Origin: Octopus bimaculoides
Taxonomy: Eukaryota
Reading direction: 5' to 3'
Assembly: GCF_001194135.2 (NCBI RefSeq)
Contig: NC_068989.1
Location: 55,565,820-55,629,819, forward strand
DNA: 64,000 nt
Shown here one piece after another: positions 37,335 to 49,849 of this stretch. A model generated the notes under the pieces. It saw only the letters and a list, made by a program, of their open reading frames with translations, made no database searches and had not been told where the DNA came from. The translations under genes were made by a program, and so were the position numbers. Every line of letters starts with the position of its first letter. Positions within the stretch are counted from its first letter, which is position 1.

Positions 37335-37484
37335 AAGAAAGATCAAGAAAGATAAAAGAAAACAGAGAAACAAATAGACTAAAGAGTTGTAATGTCAGTG
37401 AAGGAAAGGTTCAAAAATACTTTTGTATCATATCAAAATGTTTTCATTCTTCAGCCTACGTAAGCTTTCTTTCTCTTCTGTCAG

Positions 37485-37531
<47 letters not shown>

Positions 37532-38594
37532 AATAGTGGATTATTTAGAGAGAGTGATAGTGAATGAGAGATGCGTAGACAGAGGGAAAGAGGAAAATGC
37601 TAGTGATTTCAGCAGTATTGCTGACATAAACAATTTGTTTCAAAACTCTTCTTGAACAATGTCCCAAATCAAACTCTAAGGCTTGAATAATGGTGAATAT
37701 ATATATATTAACCAATACAACAAGTCTTTGATATCAGAAAACATGGGATGGTCACAACTTGAAGGCCTTTTTAACCATAGGTTTATTCCATTAGGACTGA
37801 TTGGGGCTAAACAACAAGCACAACAACAACAATGAAATGAGTAAAGGAATACAAAACTGAATGAATCCAAACGGGATTATCAACAAATCCAAATTTGAAA
37901 CATGGCTTCCAAATACAGAATTCCTTAAATAAAATACTATATAAATAGCAACAACAACTGATGTGTATGTTATGTTCTCAAGGCATTAAAAACAGTGTCA
38001 CATTAATGGAAGCCTCCTTTTAATAACTTAACACAAGGATGCTATAATTGTGCATACCTACATTGCCCAAAAGTAATGCAGGCAAGTCAAATATATTCAT
38101 TATGTTAAACATAGTCATCGTACATAAGGAAATAACATTTTAAATGACAGATGAATTTTACCTTCTAACAAGATTAAGATCAACAACTAAACCAAACAAA
38201 AAAAAAAAAGACAAAGTTAGTAAATCACCCAACAACAGTGTTTTCCTATCTAATGCATGTTTTTATGTATGTAAGCATCAGTGATGGAGACCTCTACATG
38301 GCAGATCACCTTAAATAAAATAACAGTATGAAGCTACCCTGTATGTTTGAATGTTTATTCATCCTTAACATCCTCATAGTTTTAATGTCCACTTTTCTAA
38401 GCTTGTATGGGTTAGATGAAATTCATTATGGCAGCAGAGTTCCACAAGTTTCTATGTACTAATTTACTCAGAAAGCATAAATCAACCTGAAGCTACAGTA
38501 GAAGATACAAGCTGAAAATGTCATGTATAGGGACTGAGCTCGAAACCATGTGGTTGGTTGCAAAATGAACTTCTTAATAAAGCCATGCCTGTAT

Positions 38595-38655
<61 letters not shown>

Positions 38656-38660
38656 GTTTG

Positions 38661-38885
38661 AAGGCACATGGCTTAGTGGTTAAGGTGGTGCACTCACAAT
38701 TGTAAGATCAGGGTTTGATTCCCAGACAGGGCATTGCATTGTGTTCTTGAGCAAAGCACTTCATTTCACGTTGCTTCACAACCATTTCGACATCTGACAT
38801 GTGGCACCTGTTGCACTTGTACAAGTAATGTCAATCTGATGTAAAGAATTAGCTTATGTCTACACAAGCATTTTGATCACTATAA
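38661..38885 (+). mobile_element. SINE family A (CORE-type), preceded by (GT)n at 38599-38657
   Basis: GGCACATGGCTTAGTGGTTAAGG..GGTTTGATTCCC..TTGTGTTCTTGAGCAAAGCACTTCATTTCACGTTGCT. Confidence 0.85.
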
Positions 38886-38980
38886 ACAAATCATCCGTGT
38901 GGTTGTTTGGTAAGAAATTGTCGAACCCCCATATGTCGCCTAACAACAGAAGAGTCCATCATATATATATAACATGCCAT

Positions 38981-39035
<55 letters not shown>

Positions 39036-39049
39036 GCACACATAACATG

Positions 39050-39312
39050 CCAGCACCACGGTAAAAGCAGCCATGCTGGTACCATGTAAAAAAGAACCTG
39101 TTCTGGTGCCATGTAAATGAGCCTCTATTCTGGTACTATGCAAAAATCACCCAGTATGGTCTGTAAAATAATTCACATTAGAAAAGACATCCAGCTATAG
39201 AAACCACGCCACAAAAGATGAGTGAAGCCTAATGCAACTTTCCAGTTAGCCAGTTCCTGTCAAACCATCCAAACCATGCCAGCATGGAAAATAGACATTA
39301 AATAATGATGAT
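39050..39312 (+). mobile_element. RTE-associated 3' tail element
   Basis: Ends CCATGCCAGCATGGAAAATAGACATTAAATAATGATGATGAC. Confidence 0.75.
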
Positions 39313-39516
39313 GACAATTATATATATATAAATATATATTACAGACAAGAAGTAATCTTTCTGCTGTTTTACACGGCTATACTTTGTTTGAAATATCACT
39401 TTCATATCTGTAAAATACGAAGTACATTCAACACTTCCAAATAAAAGCTTGTTTACAAAAAGTGTTGCCCCATATATATATATATATATATCTAAAAATA
39501 TGTGACGCTTATTCGG

Positions 39517-39590
39517 TAGCCATGATAAAACTCTGAGTTTCGGATGCCGGGGTGGGAACCCACGCCAACATCTCTTCAGTTATCTGGCCA
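39517..39590 (-). ncRNA. minimal type-I hammerhead ribozyme motif (Penelope/retrozyme type)
   Basis: TGGCCAGATAA-CTGAAGA-GATGTTGGCGTGGG(TT)CCCACCCCGGCATC-C-GAAA-CTC(A)GAG-T-T-TTATC(A)TGGCTA: catalytic core, 11-bp stem I with one bulge, 13 of 14 pairs in stem II, palindromic stem III. Confidence 0.7.
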
Positions 39591-39669
39591 TAGCTCTTTT
39601 GTCTTAATAACGGTCAACCACACATTAATTTTCCTTTGTTTAATGGTCATTTTTCACAGGAATTTTCAA

Positions 39670-39743
39670 TGGACGGATAACTGAAGAGATAGCGGCGTGG
39701 GTTCCCACCCCGGCATCCGAAACTCAGAGTTTTATCATGGCTA
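39670..39743 (+). ncRNA. second minimal type-I hammerhead ribozyme motif
   Basis: GATAA 39676-80, CTGAAGA 39681-87, stem II 39688-39717 (11 of 14 pairs), GAAA 39719-22, CTCAGAG, UH at 39730-31, TTATC 39732-36. Confidence 0.62.
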
Positions 39744-39804
39744 CCAAATAAGTATCACATATTTTTACAGATAAATTCCTCTATTTACATAATATCGAGG
39801 TCTC

Positions 39805-40091
39805 TTAGTGCCACTGGACTGGCTCCCATGCAAGTGGCACATAAAGAACACCTTTTTGAGCATGGCCGTTGCCAGTACCATGTGACTGGCCCTCGTGCCG
39901 GTGGCACGTAAAAGCACCCACTACACTTTCGGAGTGGTTGGCGTTAAGAAGGGCATCTAGCTGTAGAAACTCTGCCAGATCAGATTGAGCCTGGTGCAGC
40001 CTTCTGGCTTGCTAGTCCTCAGTCAAATCGTCCAACCTATGCTAGCATGGAAAGCAGACATTAAACGATGATGATGATGATGATGATGATG
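39805..40091 (+). mobile_element. young RTE-associated 3' tail element ending in (GAT)n
   Basis: GGTGGCACGTAAAAGCACCCACTACAC...GCTAGCATGGAAAGCAGACATTAAACGATGATGATG; closely matches 12570-12727. Confidence 0.85.
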
Positions 40092-40419
40092 ATAAATTAA
40101 AGAATGCAAATTTAATCATATTAATGAATGTATTTTTATTCCACTCACTAATAAAAAAAAATGGCAAAACAATTATCTCCTTTGCCATAGAGAACAGCCA
40201 ATTAACTAAGAGATTACTTTGATATAAAAGTTCTGACCAAGCAATTGTAAAGCACTAACAATGAGTGGCAATAGCTGCAAGTGTACATATGCAGTAGACT
40301 GATGCCTGAACCTATGTATTAAGGAATAAATACTTCACTAGAAATGACTGGGGTTAAATGTCATTGCCAAACAACCAATGGATGCTTGTGATACAAATGT
40401 TTCTGACTTAGGCACAAAG

Positions 40420-40618
40420 CCAGAAATTTGGGGGAGATGAGGAGTAGTTGATATCATTAATCCCAGAACTTGACTGATACTTTATTTCACTGACCCACCA
40501 AAACAGGATGGAAAGCAAAGTTGGCCTCAGCAGGATTTGAACTCAGAACGTAAAGAACCAGAACAAATACTGCAAAGCAACTTTTCTAACACACTGATAA
40601 CTCTCTGCCAGCTCACCT
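40420..40618 (-). mobile_element. SINE family C
   Basis: GGATTTGAACTCAGAACG...CTCTGCCAGCTCACC is the reverse complement of the head. Confidence 0.8.
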
Positions 40619-40729
40619 GGTGGTCGAGATTGCAAGAGAAAAGATGGTATTGACAATATTTGCAGAAAGACAAAAAGTTTAGATTATTCTCAACTTTTTC
40701 CACAGTTGCTATTTCTCCATCTCCTATAC

Positions 40730-40925
40730 CAGCAGTCCCCAATCATTTCTGCACCAAGAACCAGTTTCATACAAGACAATTTTTACCACTGACTGGCTGA
40801 TCACACACACATAACAAAACATAATAAAGTGCATTATATATAATTTAATCATTACGTATATGTGGGGTCTGGTACCAAATGAGCCACAGTCCAGTACTGA
40901 TTCACAGCTCAGTGGCTGAGTCTTA
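40730..40925. mobile_element. hAT-Charlie (MER1-like) MITE
   Basis: CAGCAGTCCCCAATCATTTCTGCACCAAGAACCAGTTTCATACAAGACAATTTTTACCAC resembles MER1-type ends (recalled consensus, not searched). Confidence 0.5.
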
Positions 40926-42129
40926 TATTACTAATGAACTGTAAACAATAACGCCTTTATTATAAAGAAATACTTTCATTGTATACTTCCCTATATTCCT
41001 TACTATTTCTTCTATAAAGTTAATGATAATGTAATTTGATGCATTAGAAATTAACTGCTTCATACTGATGATGTCCAAGCAAGGCTGAAATAACTATATG
41101 CAAACATTAAGGAAATCTATGATGAAAAGAAAATTTTAAAGAATGAAAATTTAATCACATTAATGAATATATGTTTTATTCCTCTTACTAACACCAAAAG
41201 GAAAAAACACTGGCAAATGATTCTCTCCCTTGCCAAAGAGGAGAAAAGTCAATTGATTGAAGGATTATATTGATAGAAATATTCCAGTTATAGTGACAAA
41301 AAGGGGGAGGGGGAGAAAATAATTATAAAGTATATAAATATTTAAGAAGTAATTAGATATATGTATGTTAGAAAACATGGTACAGCTGCCTAAATATAAT
41401 GAATTATACAATATGAAGAATCATACACCTCAATGAGATTCAATAGAGGAAACCATTTGTATTATGTATTTATGACTTGATATGGTTCAATAATATACTT
41501 AAAAGAGAATTAAAAATAAGATTAATAGCATGACACCATGTAAAAGCATACATGTAAGTCATAAGTGATGGAAAGTAAAGTGAAACAAAACCAGTACATT
41601 GATGATGCAAAGATGAACATATTAGAGTGAGATTCTAAACTCAACAATGTCAGTTGAATATTATTATCTAAGACATTTTTTAAAATATGGACAATTTTAC
41701 ATCTCAGCCTTTGATCTTACTTATTGTATATTATCCTACTTATTTATAATCCTTACATGTAACTCTTTTTCACTACCACCAGCTGTAGCAAGTTAATAAT
41801 TTTCTGATAAAAAGAAAAAAGTATTTAAATGCAAAGGAAACAATTTTCTATGCATTTTTGTTTTTATCACTTTTCTATCAAAATTAATTGCAGGTTGGGC
41901 TTTAGAAATCCAGATAGTGCCTAAGGTACCAAAGATACAAACATCTAAATTGATTGATATGCAAAGACAAGGTCTAATTCTCTATAATATATTTTGCAGG
42001 ATGACTCATGACTTGTGACTCTATTTGAGATCAAACATATTTGCATCAGCCACAGAAATACCACATTCTTTCCCAGCAACCTGGGAAAATCACGCTTAGA
42101 AAAATTATGTGCAGGAAGTTATTCACCAA

Positions 42130-44130
42130 ACACTGTAACTGCATTATCACTGCTAGCATTTCAATGAACATGTTGGTTAACATTATGATGATTTGTCCAG
42201 AGTATATGAAGGCTGAGGATAATGTACAAAGAATGAGGAGGGATCCAAGCCTCTAAGAATTTTTTATGCAAATGATCTGTCTGCAACACTAACTACAGAT
42301 GACACAAGCCAAATAGTCTGTATGTTCAAGAAACAGGACCAGTTATTGCTTATGAACAAGGAGTTTCCTGGTGAAGAATGTATACCACTCAACATAAACT
42401 AATGATCGACACATAACATAAGCACCCAACAGACTGATAGACATGAGATTGAGACATAACATAGAGGATGACCTGCTATAAGCAACAGAGCAGAAAAACA
42501 GAACTGTGACTGAAGCAAGGTTCCACCCAGATGGAAGGTAACATGATAGTGAAACAATATGGTAGACAAACCCACAAAAGTTAAGGGACTAGCCTAGAAA
42601 GAGAAGAATTAAGGTGGGAGCAAAGAGCAATACCAAGTAGCTACATGAGAAGTTAAACATTAGATGTACTTAGTAAGAGAAGTTAAAAGTAAGAGATTTG
42701 CATGTTCTGCAATAGGAAGTTTTCTAAATAGCAAATCACTTTACCAGAGTGAATTGAAATGTAGGAGAGCGGTGTGTCAGAATAATTGCAGAGCACCAGC
42801 TCTCACTGGTACCAAAGCAGCATAGATGTGCAACTACAGGAGGACCTACCAAGCACACTCAACAGAGGTTCGGCCATTGAGGTTAACAGAAAGTGTGATC
42901 AAGGCTTGAAAGCAGGCTTGAAAATGAAATGAAGGATGGAAAGCAGATAGACCATCATGTTTAGAGACAGAAACTGAAATACAGTAATCCCTCACCATAT
43001 TGTGGTTCACCTATCATGGTTTATTATTTACGCTTACATTGATTCCTCCATGGTGTTGTTTTGCATTTATAATAAAATAAATATATACAAATTATAAAAA
43101 TAATAAAAATATATATACAATAGAGTATTGTTTCTACTTCGTGGATTTTCACCTACTGCAGGGTGGTTTTGGAATGTAACACCCACGATAGTGGAGAGAT
43201 TACTGCATTAAAGATACCTGGTCAAATAGGATTCATGCAAAGTCAGTTAGGTAATACAGGGGAGTGTCACTTTGACTGGCATGGCAGTTTTCTTAACAGC
43301 TGGTGCAAGACAAAAGGAGATGCTCCAGAAAGAAGCAACTATAGAGACATCAAATTTTTGGACCAAGTTACAAAAGTAACATAAAGAGTTATAAGCACAT
43401 CTAATTCAGTAAAAAAATTAGCTTAAATTAGATGTAATTCAGATTTGAGTCAGGACAAGGTACAACTAATACTCATTTTCTAATGAGACAACTGCTAAAG
43501 TTCATAGCTAAGAAGAGCAAGCCACTATATGTAGATAATCTGGAGAAGGCCTTGTCAGAGTACCAAGCTCTGTAATTTGGTGGTTGCTAAGAAAACTAGG
43601 AACAGACAAATGGTTTTTGAGAGCCAAGCAGAAATTAAACATGCAAGCTGATGTACGTAAGGGGTTGGTTCTCAGCTGCATTCTGTTTATTAAAGTTCTC
43701 CAAGATAAAACAGAGTAGTTTAACTCCAGCACACAAGTGACATATCTGAATCAGTCAAAGATTTAGAAAGAAAATTCTAAATTTGAAAGGAAAGCCTAGA
43801 ATTAAGAGGTCTCAATAGAAAGGTAGCAAAATCTTAAGTTTTAATTGGTTGGAATGAAGACAAAACCCTACTCTCAATAGAAAAGTAGTTGCACTTGATA
43901 TGCAAAAATGTGTAAGCAGGAATTCCATTGTAAGCTATGGATGAACATGCAGTGGGAAAAAAGACATACAGGTAGAGAGGACAGATTTTGTATGCAGCAG
44001 ATGATGTTTGTGTACAAAGTGCAATGTTGCATGATAGCAAGACATAGGCTGTGAATGTCAAGGGTTTAAACAGGTTGGAAAGAAATGAGGAGAGTATGAT
44101 CTTCTGGATATATAATTTTCTTACCAACAA
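42130..44130 (+). mobile_element. decayed, internally deleted RTE-clade LINE (endonuclease end, RT, C-terminus)
   Basis: Remnants FPGEECIP, KGDAPERSNYRDIKFLDQVTKVT, DLEKA, W.LRKLGTDKW, GLVLS (QGSVLS-like), SKS*VLIG (KTKV-like) and VQSAMLHDS..AVNVKGLNRLERNEESM; same clade as 11397-12727. Confidence 0.8.
42982..43205. mobile_element. Tigger/pogo-like MITE inserted in the RTE LINE
   Basis: TA|CAGTAATCCCTC ... GAGAGATTACTG|CA terminal inverted repeats. Confidence 0.7.
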
Positions 44131-45308
44131 TCTTCATGTAACTGTCTATCAACCTCACTCTCTTCTGGTAGTCTCTCCTTTATCACCCTCTCACTCTGGT
44201 TATCTTTCATCACTCACTCTTTTATCTACTGGGGACAAAACAACTCTCTAGTAGTGATAACTGAATGAAAACAACATAACATGGAGAAGATTCTTTAGTT
44301 TTACCAGGTACATGACAATGCACCCAGACACTCTGTCAAGTGAGTGGTTAAGAAATGAATGGAGATAATGATAGAGTAGAGAGGACAAGGCAACTTCCCT
44401 AATGCTGGTAACATGATAAAATGCCAGCACATTTTATAAAGTTATAAAGTAACTGGCAAATGAATGGAGATAATGTTGGGCCAAGAGGACTCTTTGTCTT
44501 CCTGAGGGTGCCACAATAAAATGTACACAGTATTTTGTAAAGTGGAAGGTGACAGGAAAAGCATCTGGTCATAGAAAACATATCAAAAACGAGACATCTA
44601 AGCAAAGGTTGGCCACTAACCCAAGTAGGAAAGGAGTAACTTCAGATGAGGATATGGCCCAAAATTACCTGTTCAACTCGTGCCAGCATGGAAAAGCAGG
44701 TGTAAATATGATGATAATTTTATTGACAGTTTGGATCCTTTCTCAACAAAATAACTATTCTTTTGCTAACAATGTTAGAAACATCTGTTGCAATTTGCAG
44801 CATCAACCATTATTACTTTTTACATCACTTTCGATTGCTTAGGGCAAGATGTCACATTTTATTCAAAGTTACTGCCTTCCTAGATGGATTAAGGGACTAC
44901 ATCTCATTTGTGCATTTCATTAAAGCTTGGGTTCTATGGAAGGATGCCCTTCATAACACCATCTACATAACAGAATGCAGTGGGATTATCTTATCATGGC
45001 ACCAGCACTATAGTGGTTGTCATAACCTCTCAAGCCTACATTTTCTACACTCATTGTGAAACCACTTAATAGGGTGTATTGGGTACATTTCATCAAGTTA
45101 CCAACACTTGTAAGGGGACTTTGCACTCTGCAAGACAAAAGGATCCTCACTGCTCAATGTTGTCACCACTTGTTTCATGAACAATGGCCAATAAAGTGTA
45201 TAGAAAATAAGGCAATTGCAAAAGATGGGCATGGGTGATATTGAAGACATGGCCAGAGTATGAAAAGGGAAAACAGAGTGATTGGAAGACAGTATGACAG
45301 AGGATGAG

Positions 45309-45345
<37 letters not shown>

Positions 45346-45699
45346 TGCGTAGTTGTGAAAATGGTTGGAGGTAAGAGTGTGATGAATGTCAATGAGTGAC
45401 CAGAGAGAGAGAGGAGGGAAGGTGGTTCAAAGCACAGAGGAGTAGTATTTGCTGATGAGAGAGAGAGAATAAGAGCTGGCTAGTCAGAATAGCAATGGCA
45501 GCTACAAACAGATTCAATGCAATCACACATTATACTCAGAGGGACAGGGAATTGTGGATAGTTGCAGAAGGGATTTGCACAGGAAGAGATCTAAAATTTT
45601 CCTTCATTAAATGGAGGGCACAGTGCAGTGAACAAAAGCAAAAGGTTCAATGTCAATGTATATCATATATCCCAGCCTCTATCACAACCTAACAAACAT

Positions 45700-46235
45700 T
45701 TCACCATGCTTATACATGTGGTCAGACCTTTCCCAGCACTGCACACTGCCAATCATTACAGTCCTTTATTAGCTCCTTTGTGAAACACATTTTGAAATCA
45801 GCATTCACCACTGCATCCCATATCTTCCTTGATCTCATTCTTCTTCAGATGCCAATTCACTTTCAGCAAACAACACATCATTGTATGGCTGCCATCCTCC
45901 ACATGCACCACATGTCTACATCAGTGCAATCGCTGATTCCTCTTACATTCAACAATTCTCTCGGCTCATTTGGACTCCATTATCAAAGTATACATTACTA
46001 TTACACTTTCAGTGGAGTATATTCACTTATTTCTTTCTAATTTCAAAAAACCTTTGTTTTCAGAGCCCATGTCTCATTACCATATAGCATCAACTTTATA
46101 CATAAGCTTCATAGTGTCCTTCACTGACAGGGAGAAGCCTTTTGTTGCCAGCAGAGCTAATAGCTTCTTGAACTATATCCAAATTGTTGTTACTCTGAAT
46201 GCCAGACTTTCACTCACCTCCATCGCTGATTAGAT
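45700..46235 (-). mobile_element. decayed RTE-clade LINE C-terminal fragment
   Basis: Reverse complement reads GDLISDGGESESL..KKLLALLATKGFSLSVK..MLYGNETWALKT..LERNK. Confidence 0.7.
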
Positions 46236-46291
46236 CACCTAAACAACAGAAGCTTTTAGCTACTTCTTCAATGGAGCCTTAGCAATAATAT

Positions 46292-46355
<64 letters not shown>

Positions 46356-47142
46356 ACAAGGAAAAACTTTTGGAAGAATAGTGAAGTCAATAACATTGAC
46401 TCAGACATTTAAATGGTACTTGATTTTATCAGCCTAAGAAGGATGAAGGGCAAGGAGGACCTTGGTAAGATTTTAACTCATTCCTAACAAAGGCACACAA
46501 TCAACATTTGAATTAACCTCAGTATTTTAACTCATGCTTCTTTTATTGACCCCAAAGGAAGAATGAAAAGGCCAGGTTTATCATGAGAAGGTGCACATTT
46601 TAAATGTCAGCTATGTATGGTTAAACCAAAGTAATATCTGCATCATCATAAAGCATCACACCAGCAAGAGACATCCCTCTGCACAGTTGCTGACTTGCTA
46701 TAAAACACCAATGTATACCACAGCAGAGTACTGTTCATGTTAATGGGATGATAAAGCTGCTACACAAACATATCTGACTGCATCCTCTCAAAAAAAAAAA
46801 AAAAGAAAGAAAGAGAAAGTCATCTGATTTATTGACAAATCTTCAATCATTAACACAACCCAGCAATGTGTTATATCTTCCTCTATTCTTTTTTCATTCT
46901 TACTAGGAACCAGAAAGCTATGTACCATCTGGTACACCCATCTCTTCTCTTCATATCATCCCTACTGCCTCGTTCACTTAACCCTGCACTAAACAATAGC
47001 ATAACTACTGCACTCTGAAATGTTCTCTCCACCCATGTTTTCCCAAAAGACATCATCAAATAGTAGAAGTTCAAGCTAAACAACAACTGCATTAACCTGT
47101 CTGGGGAATTTGAAAAGGTTAACGCTGTGGAAACTGCCCCTC

Positions 47143-47524
47143 NNNNNNNNNNNNNNNNNNNNNNNNNNNNNNNNNNNNNNNNNNNNNNNNNNNNNNNNNN
47201 NNNNNNNNNNNNNNNNNNNNNNNNNNNNNNNNNNNNNNNNNNNNNNNNNNNNNNNNNNNNNNNNNNNNNNNNNNNNNNNNNNNNNNNNNNNNNNNNNNNN
47301 NNNNNNNNNNNNNNNNNNNNNNNNNNNNNNNNNNNNNNNNNNNNNNNNNNNNNNNNNNNNNNNNNNNNNNNNNNNNNNNNNNNNNNNNNNNNNNNNNNNN
47401 NNNNNNNNNNNNNNNNNNNNNNNNNNNNNNNNNNNNNNNNNNNNNNNNNNNNNNNNNNNNNNNNNNNNNNNNNNNNNNNNNNNNNNNNNNNNNNNNNNNN
47501 NNNNNNNNNNNNNNNNNNNNNNNN
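47143..47524. other. assembly gap (N run)
   Basis: Direct reading; other gaps at 6932-7026, 7928-8310, 20713-20725, 52008-52017 and 55450-55517. Confidence 0.99.
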
Positions 47525-47595
47525 GCTGTGATATGAGGAGGAAAACAGTCATATCATGCATCCACAAGTGTACTCTACTAATTGTACATTAAAAA

Positions 47596-47654
<59 letters not shown>

Positions 47655-47890
47655 GGTGTGCATGAGTATGAATACATTCACATATCCTTTTAAAAGTTTC
47701 AGTCAATGAGCTGTGGTCATGCTAGGGTACAGACTTCTAGGATTTCAATCAAATGCATTAACCACAATACTTGCCCAGTATTTACTTTATCAGACTTGTA
47801 AGCTACAAAACCTAATTCGACTTGGGTGTAAACATAGTTTTGAAATACCACACGGTATTACTTTTGTTCGATGCACAAATTCCACAATCC

Positions 47891-47931
<41 letters not shown>

Positions 47932-48189
47932 ACAGACATTTGACAGCTAAGTTCCCATTTACCATATTTCACTCACAAGGATTTTGTCAACCCTAAGCTA
48001 TGACAGGATAGATTTCCCTAAGATGCAATGCAGTAGGATTGAACTCAGAAACACCAGGTTGTGAAGCAAGTGTCTCAACCATAAATCTATGTCTGTACCT
48101 AAAATTACACACACTCACAAACACACACTATATTATTAAAGAATACACAGAAACTGAATCACCAGCTAGCCTTTAAATAGAAAAATTGG

Positions 48190-48372
48190 TGCCACAAAAA
48201 AGCACCCAGTACACTCTGGAAAGTGGTTGGCATGGAGAAGAGCATCCAGCTGTAGAAACCATGTCAAAGCAGACAATGGAGCTTGGCATAGTCTTCTGAT
48301 TTGCCAGCTCCAGTCAAACTATCCAATCCATACCAGCATAGAAAACAGATGATGACAGTGATGATGATGATA
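48190..48372 (+). mobile_element. RTE-associated 3' tail element
   Basis: AAAAGCACCCAGTACACTC..CATCCAGCTGTAGAAACC..CCAGCATAGAAAACAGATGATGAC. Confidence 0.75.
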
Positions 48373-48388
48373 AAGATGTTATGTATAG

Positions 48389-48632
48389 GTACAGGCGTGG
48401 CTGTGTGGTAAGAAGCTTGCTTCCCAACCACATGGTTCCAGGTTCAGTTTCACTGCATGGCACCTTGGGCAAGTGTCTTCTACTATAGCCTCAGGCCAAC
48501 AAAAACTATGTGAGTCGGTTTAGTAGACAGAAACGGAAAGAAGCCCATTGTATATATTTATATATATATGGTGGTGCCCCAGGATGACCGCAGCTTTGAA
48601 GCTGAAAGAATTTAAATATTAAAGACTTAAAG

Positions 48633-48663
<31 letters not shown>

Positions 48664-48885
48664 TCTTTGCATCTGTGTTTGTCCCCCCCCCATTACCATT
48701 TGAAAACTGGTGTTATTGTGTTTATGTTACCATAACTTAGCAGTTCAGCTAAAGAGACCAAGAGAATAACTATTAGGATTAAGAAATAAGTCCTGGGTTT
48801 GATTTGTTCAACTAAAAAAGCCCTTCAGGACAGCGCTCCAGCATAGCCACAATCAAATGACTAAAACAAGAGAAAGGAATAAAAC
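48389..48885 (+). mobile_element. SINE family B with an extra tail fragment inside its microsatellite
   Basis: GGTACAGGCGTGGCTGTGTGGTAAGAAGCTTGC head; GGTGGTGCCCCAGGATGACCGCAG at 48570-48600. Confidence 0.85.
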
Positions 48886-48896
48886 AATACATACAT

Positions 48897-49048
48897 AGGC
48901 ATAAGAGTGGCTGTGTGGTAAGTAGCTTGCTTACCAACCACATGGTTCCAAGTTCAGTCCCACTGCGTGGCACCTTGGGCACGGGCCAACCAAAGCTTTC
49001 TGAGTGGACTTGGTAGACGGAAACTGAAAGAAGCCCGTCGTATATATG

Positions 49049-49095
<47 letters not shown>

Positions 49096-49300
49096 TTGTG
49101 TGCCTGTGTTTGTCCCCCCAACATCGCTTGACAACCGATGCTGGTGTGTTTACGTCCTTGTAACTTAGCAATTCGGCAAAAGAGGCCGATAGAATAAGTA
49201 CTAGGGTTACAAAGAATAAGTCCTAGAGTCGATTTGCTTGACTAAAAGGCGGTGCTCCAGCATGGCCACAGTCAAATGAGTGAAACAAGTAAAAGAGTAT
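48897..49300 (+). mobile_element. young full-length SINE family B
   Basis: GGCATAAGAGTGGCTGTGTGGTAAGTAGC ... GGCGGTGCTCCAGCATGGCCACAGTCAAATGAGTGAAACAAGTAAAAGAGTA; CpGs retained. Confidence 0.9.
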
Positions 49301-49784
49301 ATAAATGTGCCACGTACACAGAAACTCATTTATGCCTCTGATAGTAATTGATTCCAATAAAGCTAAGGTGTGTATGTGTGGTGAAGCTAAGGTGTGTATG
49401 TGTGGTGAAGCTAAGGTGTGTATTTGTGTATGCTGGATGCCATAAGAACAGCAGAGAAAAATATCCATCCACTCAGTATAAAAGTCTCAATCTCTATACA
49501 TTGGAAAGTCAAAAATGGCTGTCAACATCAAAGTAAATCAGTTGATCCCAGGCTTAAAGTAAAAGAGATTACTTGGGAAAGGAAAAGGATTTTTAACATA
49601 GATTACTGCAGATAATAAGAGAACGCTTAGCCAATAGTTGATGTTTACATGGTCACCTTTACTTCAGCAAATTTGCTCTTAGAATATTTCAGTTGTGCTA
49701 CCCAAATACAAATATCAGAGACAGACAGACAGAATGAAATGTCAGCTGCTAATTATGATTGACTCATCAACTTCAGTTACTCAC

Positions 49785-49811
49785 CAAGATAACTGGAGCA
49801 TGTTGGCATTC
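49785..49811 (-). CDS. candidate 27-nt microexon (GAATGCCAACATGCTCCAGTTATCTTG)
   Basis: tatatttag acceptor, consensus gtgagtaa donor, length divisible by 3, open in all frames. Confidence 0.28.
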
Positions 49812-49815
49812 CTAA

Positions 49816-49849
<34 letters not shown>

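Larger units (their letters stand above)
39493..39767. repeat. long inverted repeat: arms 39493-39590 and 39670-39767, 79-bp spacer
   Basis: The arms are near-perfect reverse complements, including an identical GGTAGCCATGATAAAACTCTGAGTTTCGGATGCCGGGGTGGGAACCCACGCC block. Confidence 0.95.

Noticed and set aside
49360-49424. 24-bp repeat x2.7 (AAGCTAAGGTGTGTATGTGTGGTG) as a CRISPR-like array
   Set aside because: Units are contiguous with no unique spacers and there are no cas genes; an ordinary minisatellite.
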